Assembly (NCBI GenBank): GCA_950097015.1
Contig: CATNEN010000027.1
Location: forward strand, 310,001-374,000
Direction of reading: 5' to 3'
Length of the DNA: 64,000 nucleotides
Source of the DNA: Macrostomum hystrix
Lineage: Eukaryota > Animalia > Platyhelminthes
This document shows, one piece after another, positions 63,859 through 64,000 of this stretch. How positions within the stretch are numbered: position 1 is the stretch's first letter; each line of letters opens with the position of its first letter. A program made the translations under genes and the position numbers. The notes beneath the pieces are model-generated. The model made no database searches. It was not told the DNA's origin and saw nothing but the letters and a program-made list of their open reading frames with translations.

Positions 63859-64000
63859 GTGACACTCACTGACGGCAAGGTGACAGTCATCGGTCTGGAC
63901 GTACACAATCGTCTGGCTGGCCTGCTGTCAACCCGGACTCCGCCAGGCACTAAGGTGGCCCTGGACTGCGCCAAGGCCGTCTTCGCCGAGGGCTACTGGC
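63859..64000 (+). CDS. TDRD3: TDRD3 exon 4 (runs off the window)
   Basis: Acceptor ctgcAG|GTG; VTLTDG..LSTRTPPGTKVAL matches LQMTDG..ISLNTPPGTKVKL. Confidence 0.93.
   Translation, partial: MTLTDGKVTVIGLDVHNRLAGLLSTRTPPGTKVALDCAKAVFAEGYW

Overview
Eukaryotic (metazoan) genomic DNA with GT-AG introns, short GC3-rich exons and AT-rich spacers. About half of the window (roughly 33 kb by my estimate) is made of about 28 micro/minisatellite arrays, most with unrelated units. This architecture resembles a free-living flatworm such as Macrostomum (inference, not proven). Seven genes could be reconstructed and recognised by hand with in-phase splice sites: the 3' end of a TIS11/ZFP36 tandem-CCCH gene, SNAPC1, an NCS-2-type neuronal calcium sensor, GGACT, RPL34, a shortened LSM12, and the 5' part of TDRD3. 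Two further genes are unrecognised: a 171-aa secreted 8-cysteine protein and a ~563-aa Q/N-rich disordered protein. Two tRNA-derived SINE families are present with two copies each; one family is CORE-like. The most striking signal is two 1-2 kb CpG-free domains just upstream of the SNAPC1 and RPL34 coding exons. In one of them a SINE copy has lost all 13 CpGs seen in its sister copy, which points to localised 5mC methylation. Most long ORFs in the supplied track are artefacts of tandem repeats. Array boundaries are approximate and all counts were made by eye.
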